A stretch of 64,000 bases of DNA from Synechococcus sp. AG-679-B05 (GTDB taxonomy: Bacteria; Cyanobacteriota; Cyanobacteriia; PCC-6307; Cyanobiaceae), in NCBI GenBank assembly GCA_003210795.1, contig QCUJ01000005.1:3539-67538 (forward strand). Direction: 5' to 3'. A program made the translations under genes and the position numbers. Below, piece by piece: positions 10,913 to 22,200 of the stretch (position 1 is its first letter; each line of letters starts with the position of its first letter). The notes under the pieces were generated by a model. It did not search any database and was not told the DNA's origin. It saw only the letters and a list, made by a program, of their open reading frames with translations.

Positions 10913-12027
10913 GACGAACCTTCGGGCGGGGAAGAGCCATCAGCTTGTTCAGCTTGGGCACTATGCGTGCCCTCGGCTCAGCCGATCAGATGGCCGAGGT
11001 GCTCGACGCCGCTGTCCAAGCAGGCATCAATCATCTGGAAACGGCTCCGGCTTACGGACCTGCAGAAGACTTTCTGGGCCGAGCCCTTCAACGCAGCAAG
11101 CATCGGCCTGCTGGGGATTGGGTGATCACCAGCAAGCTCCTGCCAGGTCTTTCTCTTGAGCAAGGACAACGTCAACTGCATGGAATTCTCGAGCGGTTGC
11201 AGTGTCAACGGCTGGACAATCTGGCCGTTCATGGCCTGAACAGGCCGGAGCATCTTCTATGGGCTCAGGAAGGAGAAGGTCGTGCTCTCCTGGAGTGGGC
11301 CATGGAGTCAGGACTGGTCGATCAGGTCGGTTTCAGCAGCCATGGCAGTCAGCAACTGATTGCAGCCGCTCTTGATCTGGAGCTGTTCACGTTCTGCAGC
11401 CTGCATCTGCACCTGCTCGATCCTCAAAGACTCCCCCTGGCCAGGCAAGCTCTCCATCGCGGAATGGGCGTTCTGGCCATCTCACCAGCCGACAAGGGGG
11501 GCCGGCTGCAAGCACCCAGCGCACAGCTGATCGACGACTGCACGCCGATCGCACCGTTGGAACTGGCCTATCGCTATCTGCTGTCCCACGGGGTCTCAAG
11601 CCTCACCGTGGGGGCAGCGCAAGCCTCAGATCTGCACCTGGCCAGCCAACTGGCTCACCGGGGCGGACCACTCAACGCTCAGGAGCAGGAGTGCATCCAA
11701 ACCCTGAAGCAGCGCCGGGGCCATCGGCTCGGAGCCGAACTCTGTGGTCAATGCCAGGCCTGCCTGCCCTGTCCGAGTGAGGTGCCGATTCCTGAGCTGC
11801 TGCGCCTGCGCAACCTGGTGCTGGGCCACGATCTGATCGAATTCAGCCAAGAGCGCTACAACCTGATCGGGCGAGCTGGCCACTGGTGGGAGGAGATCGA
11901 CGCAAGCGCCTGTGATGCTTGTGGGGACTGTCTCCCGCGTTGCCCACATCATCTGCCAATCCCACAGCTGCTCGCCGACACCCACAGCCGTCTGAAAGCC
12001 ACACCCAGACGGCGGCTATGGAGTTGA
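10909..12027 (+). CDS. Aldo/keto reductase with C-terminal 4Fe-4S dicluster
   Basis: SLGTMR, ETAPAYG, GFSSHG, and two CxxCxxCxxxCP motifs. Confidence 0.9.
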   Translation: MRRTFGRGRAISLFSLGTMRALGSADQMAEVLDAAVQAGINHLETAPAYGPAEDFLGRALQRSKHRPAGDWVITSKLLPGLSLEQGQRQLHGILERLQCQRLDNLAVHGLNRPEHLLWAQEGEGRALLEWAMESGLVDQVGFSSHGSQQLIAAALDLELFTFCSLHLHLLDPQRLPLARQALHRGMGVLAISPADKGGRLQAPSAQLIDDCTPIAPLELAYRYLLSHGVSSLTVGAAQASDLHLASQLAHRGGPLNAQEQECIQTLKQRRGHRLGAELCGQCQACLPCPSEVPIPELLRLRNLVLGHDLIEFSQERYNLIGRAGHWWEEIDASACDACGDCLPRCPHHLPIPQLLADTHSRLKATPRRRLWS

Positions 12028-12996
12028 AGCTTGCCAGCGCTCGACTCGGACGTTCTGATCCTTCTCATCCAGCGTAGGCAAGGACCAGCAGTTGTCCCAA
12101 GTGGCGTCCGAAGGGTGCAGAAGGTCACGCCAGGGTTCAGGCAAGGAATCACGAGCGGTCGTTAGAGCAACTGGAGACCGCCAGCCATCCCGCAGCAAAG
12201 TGCGGCTCAACGGTTGCTGCCAAGCCATCTGAATCCAGGATTGGGGAATCGGATCCCGCGTCGCAGCCGGGCGCACCATCACAGTCCAGTGCAGGGGGGC
12301 ACCGGCATCGGGCAGCACTGCCGTGAGGCGCGGATCCTGGCGAAGCAAAGCCATGCAGCGCTGCAACGGCAGCACAACCACCCGCGCCTTCCCCTTCAGC
12401 AGCCAGCTGGTGGCCTGGCGGTCATCCATGGTGAGCAGCTGCATACGCAGTCGATCCAAAACCGCATCTCCACCGATTCGATCCGCAAGATCCATCACGA
12501 AGTGAGGGCTTGCCGGTAACACCACCCTCCCCTTCAGAGCGGGGTCCAGCAAGACATTCCAGTCCTCCTGGGCCGCTCGAATCCAGGAGGAACCATCGCG
12601 AAACAACATCACCCAGGGACTCACTCCCACGGGCAAAACCCGAGCGGCCTGCTCGGGCCCGAGCTGTGTCAGAAATCGCTGCGCCTGATCATCCATCTGC
12701 CGCTGTAGGTCGGGCGCATCCAGATTCCGCAACCGAGACGGTGCAACGGTCGACAGCCAGCCATCACCCATGGCAACCAGATCAACCGGCTCAGCACCCT
12801 CAGCTGGCCAGACCTCCGAGCCTTGGGTGAACGTCGACTCCCAGGCTGATGGCAGTTGCTTCAACCAGGCCTTGGGAAGCGTGCCTTTGGCAGAGAGAAG
12901 CTTCGAAGGGCGAAGCCCAGAACGGCAGCCGGACAAGAGGGTCAGGCAGGTTCCCGCACCCAGCTGCAGCAGATGCCGCCGGCTCAGGGAAGCCAT
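12016..12996 (-). CDS. Periplasmic substrate-binding lipoprotein (PotD-like), Tat signal
   Basis: SRRHLL twin-arginine motif followed by LLSGC lipobox; WNVLLDPALKGRV. Confidence 0.7.
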   Translation of the reverse strand: MASLSRRHLLQLGAGTCLTLLSGCRSGLRPSKLLSAKGTLPKAWLKQLPSAWESTFTQGSEVWPAEGAEPVDLVAMGDGWLSTVAPSRLRNLDAPDLQRQMDDQAQRFLTQLGPEQAARVLPVGVSPWVMLFRDGSSWIRAAQEDWNVLLDPALKGRVVLPASPHFVMDLADRIGGDAVLDRLRMQLLTMDDRQATSWLLKGKARVVVLPLQRCMALLRQDPRLTAVLPDAGAPLHWTVMVRPAATRDPIPQSWIQMAWQQPLSRTLLRDGWRSPVALTTARDSLPEPWRDLLHPSDATWDNCWSLPTLDEKDQNVRVERWQASTP

Positions 12997-13023
12997 GAAC
13001 CCCACACGCATATCGGTTCGACG

Positions 13024-14199
13024 TTACGGGGACGCCTGCAGCTGATCCACCGCCAGCTCACACGCCTCCACCAATGCGGATGTGGTTTGGCCCTGCAGCT
13101 GAGCCAGCAACATAAGCGCGCCAGCTCCCACTCCCTCCTTCACGAAGCCGCGCTCGTAATCCCTCAGAGCCGAAATCCGGCTGTTGTGGAAACGAATACC
13201 GCTGGCAAGACCAGTCAGGGAAACATCGAAATGCTGACCGACACGGTCCAGCAGGATGCCCAGGGCGGGCTGACGCTGAGCATCGAGCCTTTCCTCCGCC
13301 AGCCAGGCCGTGGTCCCCAGCAGGACGCGATCACTAAGGGCGAGCCGCTCCGTTCTGTTCAAAGCCGAAAGCGCCAGGGCCAGAACGGCCGCCATCTGAC
13401 TCCCCCCCCCCAGCAGCACGGGGTGCCGGGCAGCCACCAGAAACCCCGCGGCCACAGCTTGAAAAGGATCACCTACGGCCGCCAGTACAGCAGTGGGTGA
13501 CGGCCGGTCCGGCAGGGACGCCAACCTCAATCCTTGTTCAACAAGCATCCGCTTGAGGCTCTGCGGCGGCTGCTGGGCACTGCCGCTGATCAACGAGCCG
13601 ACGCAAACCCCCAGTGCAGACAGAACGGCCTGCGCCGTGGTGGTTCCTCCCGGCACACACTCCGTGAGCAGCACAGGTCCCCGCAGCATGGCGCCGAGGT
13701 GCATTCCCTGACGCCAGAGCCTCTCAACACGCGCCAGGGGCATGGCCCGCCCACTGGACACACATTCAGCCGGGCCCCAGCGAGCTGGCTCGAGGCGTAG
13801 ATGTGGAAACGGTGCTGGGTGCTCCAGCCCCACTGCAGCCAGAAGCGGTGACAACGGCAGACGGCAAAGTGCCACATGACTCAGCAGGGCAGGAGTGACC
13901 CCCGCAGGTAGAGGTGGCAGAGGCCAGCAACGCTGGCCTCTGGGGCCCTCAAGCAGCAACTCCGCATCGGCAAGTGCGGTGAAACGCCGGGATTCCGGCG
14001 TAGCCCCCGCCGCGGAAATACCTGGATGCTCAGCGGTGCGGGTTGCAGCCAAAACCACCAGCAAAGTCGACCCATGACCGAAACGACGCCAGGGGGACAA
14101 ACGCTGCGCCAACAGGGTTTCACCAGAAGAGCGACCCAGGGTCCGACATCCCTCCGGGAGGGCGCAGGGATCAGAGGGGATCGAGGGCGACAAGTCCAT
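13024..14199 (-). CDS. cobT: Nicotinate-nucleotide--dimethylbenzimidazole phosphoribosyltransferase (archaeal/cyanobacterial CobT type)
   Basis: GISAAG, ECVPGGTTTA, GGGSQM, YERGFVKEGVGAG. Confidence 0.88.
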   Translation of the reverse strand: MDLSPSIPSDPCALPEGCRTLGRSSGETLLAQRLSPWRRFGHGSTLLVVLAATRTAEHPGISAAGATPESRRFTALADAELLLEGPRGQRCWPLPPLPAGVTPALLSHVALCRLPLSPLLAAVGLEHPAPFPHLRLEPARWGPAECVSSGRAMPLARVERLWRQGMHLGAMLRGPVLLTECVPGGTTTAQAVLSALGVCVGSLISGSAQQPPQSLKRMLVEQGLRLASLPDRPSPTAVLAAVGDPFQAVAAGFLVAARHPVLLGGGSQMAAVLALALSALNRTERLALSDRVLLGTTAWLAEERLDAQRQPALGILLDRVGQHFDVSLTGLASGIRFHNSRISALRDYERGFVKEGVGAGALMLLAQLQGQTTSALVEACELAVDQLQASP

Positions 14200-14824
14200 T
14201 CAGCATTCGCGGTGGCCCTGGAATCGACGAGCGCAGACGCGGAAAAATCCAGAACGCCAACGCATGCAGCGACAACACGTAAATCAATTCCTGCAGCACG
14301 ACCAGAACCAACGCCATCAGCTGCACGCTGGCTAGATCAGCGGAGATGGGCAGATGCAGGAGTGTGATCACCCGCTCCAACATCCCGGCACCCGCTCGGG
14401 TGATCACCACCCAGAGGTTCTCCCCCACGAGCAAAGAGAGCACCAGGACGCGCATCAAGAAGCCCAGGGTCCCAAGCACCACCCCGACCGACCAACTCAA
14501 CCACCAGCTGAAACCTCGGCCCCAGCACCACCCGAGCCACAGCGCGAGGATTCCATAGGGAAATAGCAGCAACGGCCCACGAACCGGACCCATCAGTGCC
14601 GTCATCAGCAGCACCGACAGCAGCAATCCTTCAACACCGGAGCGGCCGCCACGACGAAGCTGCAGCAGGGCAAGGGGAAGTGGCAGCGCCAATCGGAAAA
14701 GGGCACCCCCCACCGGCAGGTAGTAGAGAGCCAGCCAGATCAAACCTGTGGTGGCCGCCAGATAAGACCCCTCCACCAGGCGAATCGCCTGGTGACGACT
14801 CAGCGCAGGCGGCTCACCCCTCAT
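14171..14824 (-). CDS. DUF2232 family membrane protein
   Basis: LVEGSYLAA, LMGPVRGP; hydrophobic; typical cobT neighbour. Confidence 0.8.
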   Translation of the reverse strand: MRGEPPALSRHQAIRLVEGSYLAATTGLIWLALYYLPVGGALFRLALPLPLALLQLRRGGRSGVEGLLLSVLLMTALMGPVRGPLLLFPYGILALWLGWCWGRGFSWWLSWSVGVVLGTLGFLMRVLVLSLLVGENLWVVITRAGAGMLERVITLLHLPISADLASVQLMALVLVVLQELIYVLSLHALAFWIFPRLRSSIPGPPRMLNGLVALDPL

Positions 14825-15222
14825 GGCACCACACGTTCGATCCGCTCCACCATGAAATCAACGGCAGATGACCTCAAAGCCTGCGTAACAGCCTCAGCCG
14901 GGGCCGCTGGATCAGCCCCGGCCAGCCGAATGGTGATTCGGTAGGGAGCGAGAGGTTGGCGCGGAGTGGAGCGCACGATCTCCGCAACGTGATCCGCATC
15001 TTGCTGCTCAGAAACACGCGCCGATGTTTCAACAGGCTCAGCTACCGGAGCCGCCTGGATCGTTGGAACAGCCGTGTCTGGTTGGGTGGGAGAGGATGGC
15101 CTGGACTCCGGCAGAGGCTCACCATCCAGCGTGGTGAAACTCTGCTCAAGCTGCTCCGCCAGAGGAGTCCCCGCGCAAGCCTGCAAAAGAGCGAGGGGCA
15201 GCAGCCACACACAGCGACGCAT
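14821..15222 (-). CDS. Hypothetical lipoprotein
   Basis: LQAC lipobox; C-terminal YRITIRLAGADPAAPAEAVT. Confidence 0.7.
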   Translation of the reverse strand: MRRCVWLLPLALLQACAGTPLAEQLEQSFTTLDGEPLPESRPSSPTQPDTAVPTIQAAPVAEPVETSARVSEQQDADHVAEIVRSTPRQPLAPYRITIRLAGADPAAPAEAVTQALRSSAVDFMVERIERVVP

Positions 15223-17906
15223 CAGCGGTCAGCGGGTTTGATGACCCGCACGGCACTCGCCCGAAGCCGTCCTGTTTTGGTGGTGGCAGGGGGTTTCTTG
15301 GCTGCTGGCTTTTTGGCTGCTGGTTTCTTCGCGGCGGACTTGCGACTGCTCTTTTTGGCAGAAGCCTTGGCAGCAAGAAGTTCCACCGCCTCCTCGAGCG
15401 TCACCTCATCAGCCTTCTTGCCTTCCGGCAGGGAAGCGTTGACCTTGCCCTGCTTGACATAAAGGCCATAGGGGCCGTCATACACCTGAATGGTTTCTTC
15501 ACTTCCCTCGGGTTTGCCGAGATCCTTGAGCGCTGTGCGCCCACCTCGTCCACGTTTGGGCATGGCCAGCAACTCGAGGGCTCGGCTCAAGCCCACGGCC
15601 AGAACATCGTCTTCACCCTTGAGGGAGCGGTAATCCTTCTCTCCCTTGGCCTTGTCCCAAACCACATAAGGCCCGAAACGACCGAGACCGGCCTGCACAC
15701 GGCCACCATCGGGATGCTCACCCAGCAACCGCGGCAAACGCAACAGGCCAAGTGCATCTTCAAGGGTCAGATCCTCCGGCTTCTGGCCCTTGGGCAGGGA
15801 GGCCCGCTTGGGTTTCGGGTTCTCATCACTGACCTGGCCACGCTGGACGTATGGCCCGTACTGACCAAACAGCATGTAGACGAGGTCTCCAGTTTCTGGA
15901 TCCTCTCCAAGCGCCTCGGGCCCGTCAGCTTTCTGCTTGAGAATGAGCTCCGCCTGCTCCTCATCCAGATCCGCTGGCGTGATCTCCCGAGGAAGGGTGG
16001 CTTTGATCAACTCCTCCTCGCCGTCATCGCTGACACGCTTCGACTCCAGATAGGCACCGAAGCGGCCGATGCGCACTACGCAAGACAACCCCTCCAGGTC
16101 CACGGTGCGTGAAGCCCCCGGGTCAATATCCCCCTCCCGCTGTTGGACCTGGGTCTCCAAACCCTGATCCCCCTTGAAGAATCCCTCGAGATAGGGGAGC
16201 CATTCCACCTGCCCGTGGGAGATCTCATCAAGGGTGTTTTCCATCCGAGCGGTGAAGCTCGTGTCCACAAGTTCGGGGAAATGCTCCTCCAGCAGAGCCG
16301 TAACCGCGAAGGCGGTGAAGCTGGGGGTGAGGGCGTTCCCCTGGAGCGTCGAATAACCCCGATCCACAATCGTGCCAATGATCGAGGCATAGGTGGAAGG
16401 ACGACCGATCCCTTCCTTCTCGAGCATCTTCACCAGCGATGCCTCACTGAAGCGGGCGGGTGGCTGGGTCTGGTGACCAAGGGGCTCCACCTGTTTCGGT
16501 TTCGGCGAATCACCGACTGCAAGAGAAGGCAGCAGAACCTCCTGCCCCTCCAGCGCAGCGTCGGGATCGTCACTTCCTTCCACATAAGCCCGGAAGAAGC
16601 CGGGAAAGTCGATGCGCTTGCCGCTGGATCGGAATCTGGCCTCACCGGAACTGAGATCAACAGACAGCATCGTGAGCCGTGCTTCAGCCATCTGGCTGGC
16701 CACCGTTCGCTTCCAGATCAGCTCGTAAACAGCCAGATCCCTGCCGTCCAAGCCTGTGTCCCCAGGGGTCCTGAAGCTTTCACCAGCAGGGCGGATCGCC
16801 TCATGAGCCTCCTGGGCGTTGCGTGCCTTGGTGCTGAACTGACGCGGCCCTTTGCTCAGGTACTCCTTGCCGTACAGGGCCTCAACACAGCTCCGGGATG
16901 CACTGATCGCCTGATCGGACAGATGCACGGAGTCGGTTCGCATGTAGGTGATGAATCCCCTCTCGTACAAACCCTGGGCGCAGCGCATGGTTTCCCGAGC
17001 CGAGAGCCGCAACTTGCGATTGGCCTCCTGCTGCAAGGTGCTAGTGGTGAAAGGGGGGACAGGTTTGCGAACCGTTGGTTTTTCCTCCACCGCATCCACA
17101 GACCAGGCCGAGGACTGCACCTTCTGCGCCAGGGTCCGAGCGTCCTCTTCGCTGAGCAGGCGCACATCACTGCCGGCCTTGAGACCACCGGTGCTCTCGT
17201 CAAAATCGTTGCCGCTGGCGATGCGCTTGCCAGCGACATGGGTGAGTTTGGCGTCGAATGCATGGCCCGCCTGATCGAGCTGAGCCTTGAGATCCCAATA
17301 ACTGCCACTTCGGAACGCACGCCTGGCCCGCTCTCGCAGCACCAGCAGGCGGACGGCAACCGACTGCACACGACCCGCCGACAACCCCCAGGCCACTTTT
17401 TTCCAGAGCAGCGGCGACAGGGTGTATCCGACCAGACGATCAAGAATCCGCCTTGTTTCCTGGGCATGGACGAGTTCCATGTCGAGGTCACGGGTTTGAT
17501 CCAGAGCCTTGCCGATGGCTTCTTTGGTGATCTCGTGGAACACCATTCGCTTCACCGGCACCTTGGGTGCCAACAGTTGAAGCAGATGCCAGCTGATGCT
17601 TTCTCCCTCGCGGTCTTCGTCCGTAGCCAGCAGCAGCTGTTCAGCACCTTTCAGCGCATCCTTGAGCTCGCGCACCGTCTTTTTCTTGTCCTTCGGCACC
17701 ACATACAGGGGCTCGAAGTTGGATTCGGTGTTGACACCGAGATTGGCCCATTTCTGGCCTTTGGCCGAAGCAGGAATCTCGCTGGCGTTGTTGGGCAGGT
17801 CTCGTACGTGACCCATGGACGCCTCGACCTTGAAATCCTTTGGCAGGAAGCCGCGAATGGTGCGGGCCTTCGTGGGGCTTTCAACGATGACGAGGGTGTG
17901 CGCCAC
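15222..17906 (-). CDS. topA: DNA topoisomerase I
   Basis: [34 protein letters not shown]; Lys/Ala-rich tail. Confidence 0.98.
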   Translation of the reverse strand: MAHTLVIVESPTKARTIRGFLPKDFKVEASMGHVRDLPNNASEIPASAKGQKWANLGVNTESNFEPLYVVPKDKKKTVRELKDALKGAEQLLLATDEDREGESISWHLLQLLAPKVPVKRMVFHEITKEAIGKALDQTRDLDMELVHAQETRRILDRLVGYTLSPLLWKKVAWGLSAGRVQSVAVRLLVLRERARRAFRSGSYWDLKAQLDQAGHAFDAKLTHVAGKRIASGNDFDESTGGLKAGSDVRLLSEEDARTLAQKVQSSAWSVDAVEEKPTVRKPVPPFTTSTLQQEANRKLRLSARETMRCAQGLYERGFITYMRTDSVHLSDQAISASRSCVEALYGKEYLSKGPRQFSTKARNAQEAHEAIRPAGESFRTPGDTGLDGRDLAVYELIWKRTVASQMAEARLTMLSVDLSSGEARFRSSGKRIDFPGFFRAYVEGSDDPDAALEGQEVLLPSLAVGDSPKPKQVEPLGHQTQPPARFSEASLVKMLEKEGIGRPSTYASIIGTIVDRGYSTLQGNALTPSFTAFAVTALLEEHFPELVDTSFTARMENTLDEISHGQVEWLPYLEGFFKGDQGLETQVQQREGDIDPGASRTVDLEGLSCVVRIGRFGAYLESKRVSDDGEEELIKATLPREITPADLDEEQAELILKQKADGPEALGEDPETGDLVYMLFGQYGPYVQRGQVSDENPKPKRASLPKGQKPEDLTLEDALGLLRLPRLLGEHPDGGRVQAGLGRFGPYVVWDKAKGEKDYRSLKGEDDVLAVGLSRALELLAMPKRGRGGRTALKDLGKPEGSEETIQVYDGPYGLYVKQGKVNASLPEGKKADEVTLEEAVELLAAKASAKKSSRKSAAKKPAAKKPAAKKPPATTKTGRLRASAVRVIKPADR

Positions 17907-18018
17907 AGGCAGGCCATGAACCGTTCTCCTTCTTTATCGCACCGCCAAGCAACCTGCATCCCGATAGGGATTGGGTAGCGCCGTTACAGTCGTCTAATCG
18001 CAATGGATTCTGGCCGCC

Positions 18019-19590
18019 ATGCCCGAGATGGGTGCTCTCGTTCTCGCGACCCAGGCCATGGCCGCTCCAGGCGAGCTGCTCAACCTGTCCCTGAACGCCA
18101 CAGCGGTTCTGCCGGAAGGAGCTGTATTGCTGGCGATGATCGCCACGCTCTTGGTGGACCTCGCCGGAGAGGAGGTGGCAGCCCGCTGGGTTCCACCGAT
18201 CTGTTATGTCGGGCTGGGCGGGGCATTGGTCCTTCTGGCTCTCCAGTGGAATGGGCCCCTGGAGCCCTCTTTCCTTGGGGCTTTCCTGGCGGACAACCTG
18301 GCGATTGCCTTCCGTTCCGTGATCGCTCTTTCGACACTGCTGTCGTTGCTGATCAGTTGGCGATACGCCGAGCAGAGCGGAACACCCGTCGGTGAATACG
18401 CAGCCATCCTTTTGGCTGCAACCCTTGGCGCCATGTTGCTTTGCGGCGCCACAGACCTCGTGAGCGTGTTCATTTCGCTGGAAACACTCTCGGTGGCGAG
18501 CTATTTGCTGTCGGGCTACATGAAGCGCGACGCCCGAAGCTCCGAAGCAGCTCTGAAGTATCTGCTCGTTGGTTCAGCAGCTGCAGCGGTCTTTCTCTAC
18601 GGAGCCTCTCTGCTGTACGGGCTGAGCGGCAGCACCAGCCTGGAGACCATCGGCGTTGCATTACAGACCAGCACCACCCCCATCGCCGCTCTGGCCCTTG
18701 TCTTCGTGCTGGCAACCGTGGCCTTCAAGATTGCAGCGGTTCCGTTTCACCAGTGGACACCGGACGTTTACGAAGGATCTCCAACGCCGGTGGTTGCCTT
18801 CCTTTCGGTGGGTTCGAAAGCTGCAGGATTTGCACTCGCTCTCCGAATTCTGGTGGGTTGCTTCGGTGCCTTTGACGGCCAGTGGAAGCTTCTTTTCACC
18901 GTTCTGGCGGTGTTGAGCATGACCCTCGGGAATGTGGTGGCTCTCGCCCAGACCTCGATGAAACGGATGTTGGCCTACAGCTCCATCGGTCAGGCCGGTT
19001 TCGTGATGATCGGAATGGTCTGCGGCACGGAAGATGGCTTTGCAGCCATGGTCCTCTACATGGCGGCCTATCTATTCATGAATCTGGGGGCTTTTGCCTG
19101 CATCATCCTGTTCTCGATTCGTACGGGAAGTGATCGAATTTCCGACTATGCCGGGCTGTATCAGAAAGATCCTCTGATCACTCTTGGCCTCAGCCTTTGC
19201 CTGTTATCCCTTGGGGGGATTCCTCCGATGCTGGGCTTTTTCGGCAAGATCTACCTCTTCTTCGCTGGTTGGGCCGATCAGCAATACCTGTTGGTGATCG
19301 TGGGTTTGATCACCTCAGTGGTCTCGATTTACTACTACATCTCCGTGATCAAGATGATGGTTGTGAAGGAACCGCAGGAAGCATCCGACATCGTCAAGGC
19401 TTACCCCGAGGTGCGCTGGTCGCTGATGGGTATGCAACCTCTGAGGGTCGCTCTGATCGGGTGTGTTGCTGTGACAGCTGTCGGAGGCATTCTTTCCAAT
19501 CCGCTGTTCCAGTGGGCCAACACTGCGGTCAACACCAGTCCTCTGCTTCAGGAAGCGATTGCAGCAGCCTCACAGCGTGGCATTGGCTGA
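18019..19590 (+). CDS. ndhB: NAD(P)H-quinone oxidoreductase subunit 2 (NdhB/NuoN)
   Basis: [39 protein letters not shown]. Confidence 0.97.
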   Translation: MPEMGALVLATQAMAAPGELLNLSLNATAVLPEGAVLLAMIATLLVDLAGEEVAARWVPPICYVGLGGALVLLALQWNGPLEPSFLGAFLADNLAIAFRSVIALSTLLSLLISWRYAEQSGTPVGEYAAILLAATLGAMLLCGATDLVSVFISLETLSVASYLLSGYMKRDARSSEAALKYLLVGSAAAAVFLYGASLLYGLSGSTSLETIGVALQTSTTPIAALALVFVLATVAFKIAAVPFHQWTPDVYEGSPTPVVAFLSVGSKAAGFALALRILVGCFGAFDGQWKLLFTVLAVLSMTLGNVVALAQTSMKRMLAYSSIGQAGFVMIGMVCGTEDGFAAMVLYMAAYLFMNLGAFACIILFSIRTGSDRISDYAGLYQKDPLITLGLSLCLLSLGGIPPMLGFFGKIYLFFAGWADQQYLLVIVGLITSVVSIYYYISVIKMMVVKEPQEASDIVKAYPEVRWSLMGMQPLRVALIGCVAVTAVGGILSNPLFQWANTAVNTSPLLQEAIAAASQRGIG

Positions 19591-20281
19591 AGCAACGAAT
19601 ACCCCGGTTGCTGAGCTGATCGGGGTCAGCAAGATCTACGGGCAGGGAGATCTGCGTGTCAAAGCTCTCGACCAGCTCGATCTAACGGTGAGCCGCGGAG
19701 ATTATCTGGCGGTAATGGGAGCCAGTGGCTCTGGGAAGAGCACTGCGATGAACATTCTTGGGTGCCTCGACCGTCCGAGCCTTGGCACTTATCGGCTTAA
19801 CGGCACAGCCGTTGAGAAACTGGATGACGACGCCCTTGCGGATGTTCGCAACCACTCGCTTGGGTTTGTTTTCCAGCAGTTTCACCTCCTGCCCAATGCC
19901 ACAGCCATGGACAACGTGATGTTGCCGATGGTCTACGCCGGGGTACCGCCGGATGAGCGACAGGAGAGAGCCGCAGCGGCCTTGGAGCGGGTTGGCCTGG
20001 CTGAGCGACTTGAGAACCGGCCCAATCAGCTGTCCGGAGGACAGCAGCAGCGAGTGGCGATTGCTCGAGCGATCATCAATCGTCCAAGCCTCCTGCTGGC
20101 GGATGAACCAACCGGAGCTCTCGACTCCAGCACCACGGCGGAGGTGCTGGAACTGTTTGATGAATTGCACCAACAGGGCATAACACTGGTGATGGTGACG
20201 CACGAAGACGACGTCGCCGCCCGAGCCCGCAACATCGTTCGATTTCAGGATGGATGCATCCGCAGCGAAGCAACAGGATGA
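19577..20281 (+). CDS. ABC transporter ATP-binding protein (LolD/MacB-like)
   Basis: [34 protein letters not shown]; start uncertain. Confidence 0.92.
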   Translation: MALAEATNTPVAELIGVSKIYGQGDLRVKALDQLDLTVSRGDYLAVMGASGSGKSTAMNILGCLDRPSLGTYRLNGTAVEKLDDDALADVRNHSLGFVFQQFHLLPNATAMDNVMLPMVYAGVPPDERQERAAAALERVGLAERLENRPNQLSGGQQQRVAIARAIINRPSLLLADEPTGALDSSTTAEVLELFDELHQQGITLVMVTHEDDVAARARNIVRFQDGCIRSEATG

Positions 20282-20691
20282 CGACCCCTGGTGAGGGAGA
20301 GGTGACCTCAGAATCTCCACACCCAGGACTGCTCATCACCATCGTCGAGGACAACCCACTGATTCGACAGCTGATGGCGGAGGAGATTGAAGATGAGGGG
20401 CATCGCGTCAGAAGTTTCAGTTCAGCCGAAGACTTCCTGGCGGTCGCATCGAACCTGAGAACCGATCTGATCCTTCACGATCTGATGTTGCCGGGCATGG
20501 ATGGCCTCGCCTGTCTGCGCGAGCTGCAGCGGACACCGTCCCAAACGTCGCATGGCGTTGTGGTGGTCACCGCCCTCAACGATCCGGCAACACGTCAACA
20601 GGCTCTCAACCTGGGAGCCGAGGACTACATCCTCAAACCCGATCTGTTCGAGCGATTGCCCCAACTGCTTGGTGCGTTGAAAACAGACTGA
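20278..20691 (+). CDS. Single-domain response regulator (CheY-like receiver)
   Basis: IVEDN, DLMLPGMDG, VVTA, DYILKP. Confidence 0.88.
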   Translation: MTTPGEGEVTSESPHPGLLITIVEDNPLIRQLMAEEIEDEGHRVRSFSSAEDFLAVASNLRTDLILHDLMLPGMDGLACLRELQRTPSQTSHGVVVVTALNDPATRQQALNLGAEDYILKPDLFERLPQLLGALKTD

Positions 20692-20740
20692 CGACCATCA
20701 ATGACCGCGCCCTTACATTGAGTGGAGATGATCGGGTGGA

Positions 20741-21469
20741 ATGCCCCAAGAATCCGGGTACAGACCCCGTGTCTTGGTCGTTGACTATGAACAACGTCTA
20801 ACGGATTTGCTGCGGCTAGAACTGGATGTGGAGGGGTAGGAGGTCGACATCGCCGACGATGGCGCCTCCGGCTTGATCCGTAGCCGCAGTGAGCCGGCAC
20901 CAGACTTGATCATTTTGGACTGGAATCTTCCGGACTTCAGCGGCATCGACATCTGCCAAAGGATGCGAATTGGTGGGGTCCATACACCGATTCTGATGCT
21001 GACAGGGCATGATGATGTTCATGACCGAGTAACAGCTTTGGATGCCGGGGTTGATGACTACTTGGTGAAACCTTTCTCCATCGACGAACTGATGGCTCGG
21101 CTAAGGGCCATGCATCGCCGAGCCGAAACATTTTCGAGCAAAGGAAATACAAATTCAGAGGATTTTCGACTCCAGTTAGCTGATCTGACAATGGACACCC
21201 GAACCCGCGATGTGTCGCGTGCCGGAGAATCGATTCAACTTTCTGTCAAGGAATATGACCTGCTGAATTTCCTCATGCGAGGTGCCGGACGGGTGCTGGA
21301 ACGTCAAGACATTATGCGAGGCGTATGGGGAGAGAACTTCTTCGGTGATGACAATCTCCTCGACGTTTATATCCGCTACTTACGTCAGAAGATCGAGCAT
21401 CAGGATCGACCCACTCTCATTCACACCGTCCGTGGAGTGGGCTTCATCCTTCGGCAGACCACAGACTGA
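20741..21469 (+). pseudogene. OmpR-family response regulator interrupted by an in-frame TAG
   Basis: Frame from ATG 20741 reads MPQESGYRPRVLVVDYEQRLTDLLRLELDVEG*EVDIADDG with TAG at 20837-20839, then continues in frame through DWNLPD, DDYLVKPF and IHTVRGVGF. Confidence 0.85.
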
Positions 21470-21482
21470 ATTGCTTTCAAAG

Positions 21483-22178
21483 TCAGGACTGATCCAACAG
21501 CTCGGCAGGATCGACAGCCTGCCAACCTGAAGCTGATGGACGGCGCAGTTCAAAGTGCAGGTGGGGGCCTGTGCTGATTCCCGTGCTGCCCACTTTGCCG
21601 ATTTGCTGCCCTTGGCGAACCCGCTGACCGGGCTTCGCAGCAAGCTCCGAGAGATGGGCGTAGAGCGTGCGGCGGCGAGGCCGGCTGTGATCCAGTTCAA
21701 CCGTGAGGCCGTACCCGCCGATCCAGCCACTACGGACCACGGTCCCGGTCAGGGCTGCCACCACAGGGGTTCCGGTGGCAGCGGCAAAATCCCTACCGTT
21801 GTGCATCAACCAGCGACCAAGCACCGGATGAACCCTCATCCCGAAATCACTGCTGACGATGGACTGACCGACAAGAGGGCCACGGGAAGCACCGCTGACA
21901 GGCCTGGACCGCAAAGCAATGGCCGATGCACACTCCTGACGCGATATCGCCCCTTCCCGACAGGCCTTCTGCCATTGGGACACATTGATCGGTCGAGCTG
22001 CTGCACCCTGACGCAGGCGGACGTGCACTTCAGGCGTGATCACACGCTGTTGCTCGAGGCGGACCAGAGAAGAATCGAAATGCAACGGTGAAGGCGCTGA
22101 ACGCAGCTGCAACGGCTCCGGTTGAAACGGACTAACAGGAACGCTCAGGAGCCAAACGAAGGGAAGCCAGCTGAACAA
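21483..22178 (-). CDS. M23 family metallopeptidase
   Basis: HNGRD (HxxxD), YAHLS, STGPHLHFE; start uncertain. Confidence 0.88.
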   Translation of the reverse strand: MFSWLPFVWLLSVPVSPFQPEPLQLRSAPSPLHFDSSLVRLEQQRVITPEVHVRLRQGAAARPINVSQWQKACREGAISRQECASAIALRSRPVSGASRGPLVGQSIVSSDFGMRVHPVLGRWLMHNGRDFAAATGTPVVAALTGTVVRSGWIGGYGLTVELDHSRPRRRTLYAHLSELAAKPGQRVRQGQQIGKVGSTGISTGPHLHFELRRPSASGWQAVDPAELLDQS

Positions 22179-22200
22179 AACAGCGATTGATCGGTGAAAG

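Noticed and set aside
15280-15375. 15-bp repeats near the end of topA
   Set aside because: They encode the KKPAA Lys/Ala-rich tail typical of these topoisomerases.
16143-17978. 611-aa plus-strand ORF
   Set aside because: Antisense shadow of topA; no recognisable motifs; expected in GC-rich DNA with codon bias.
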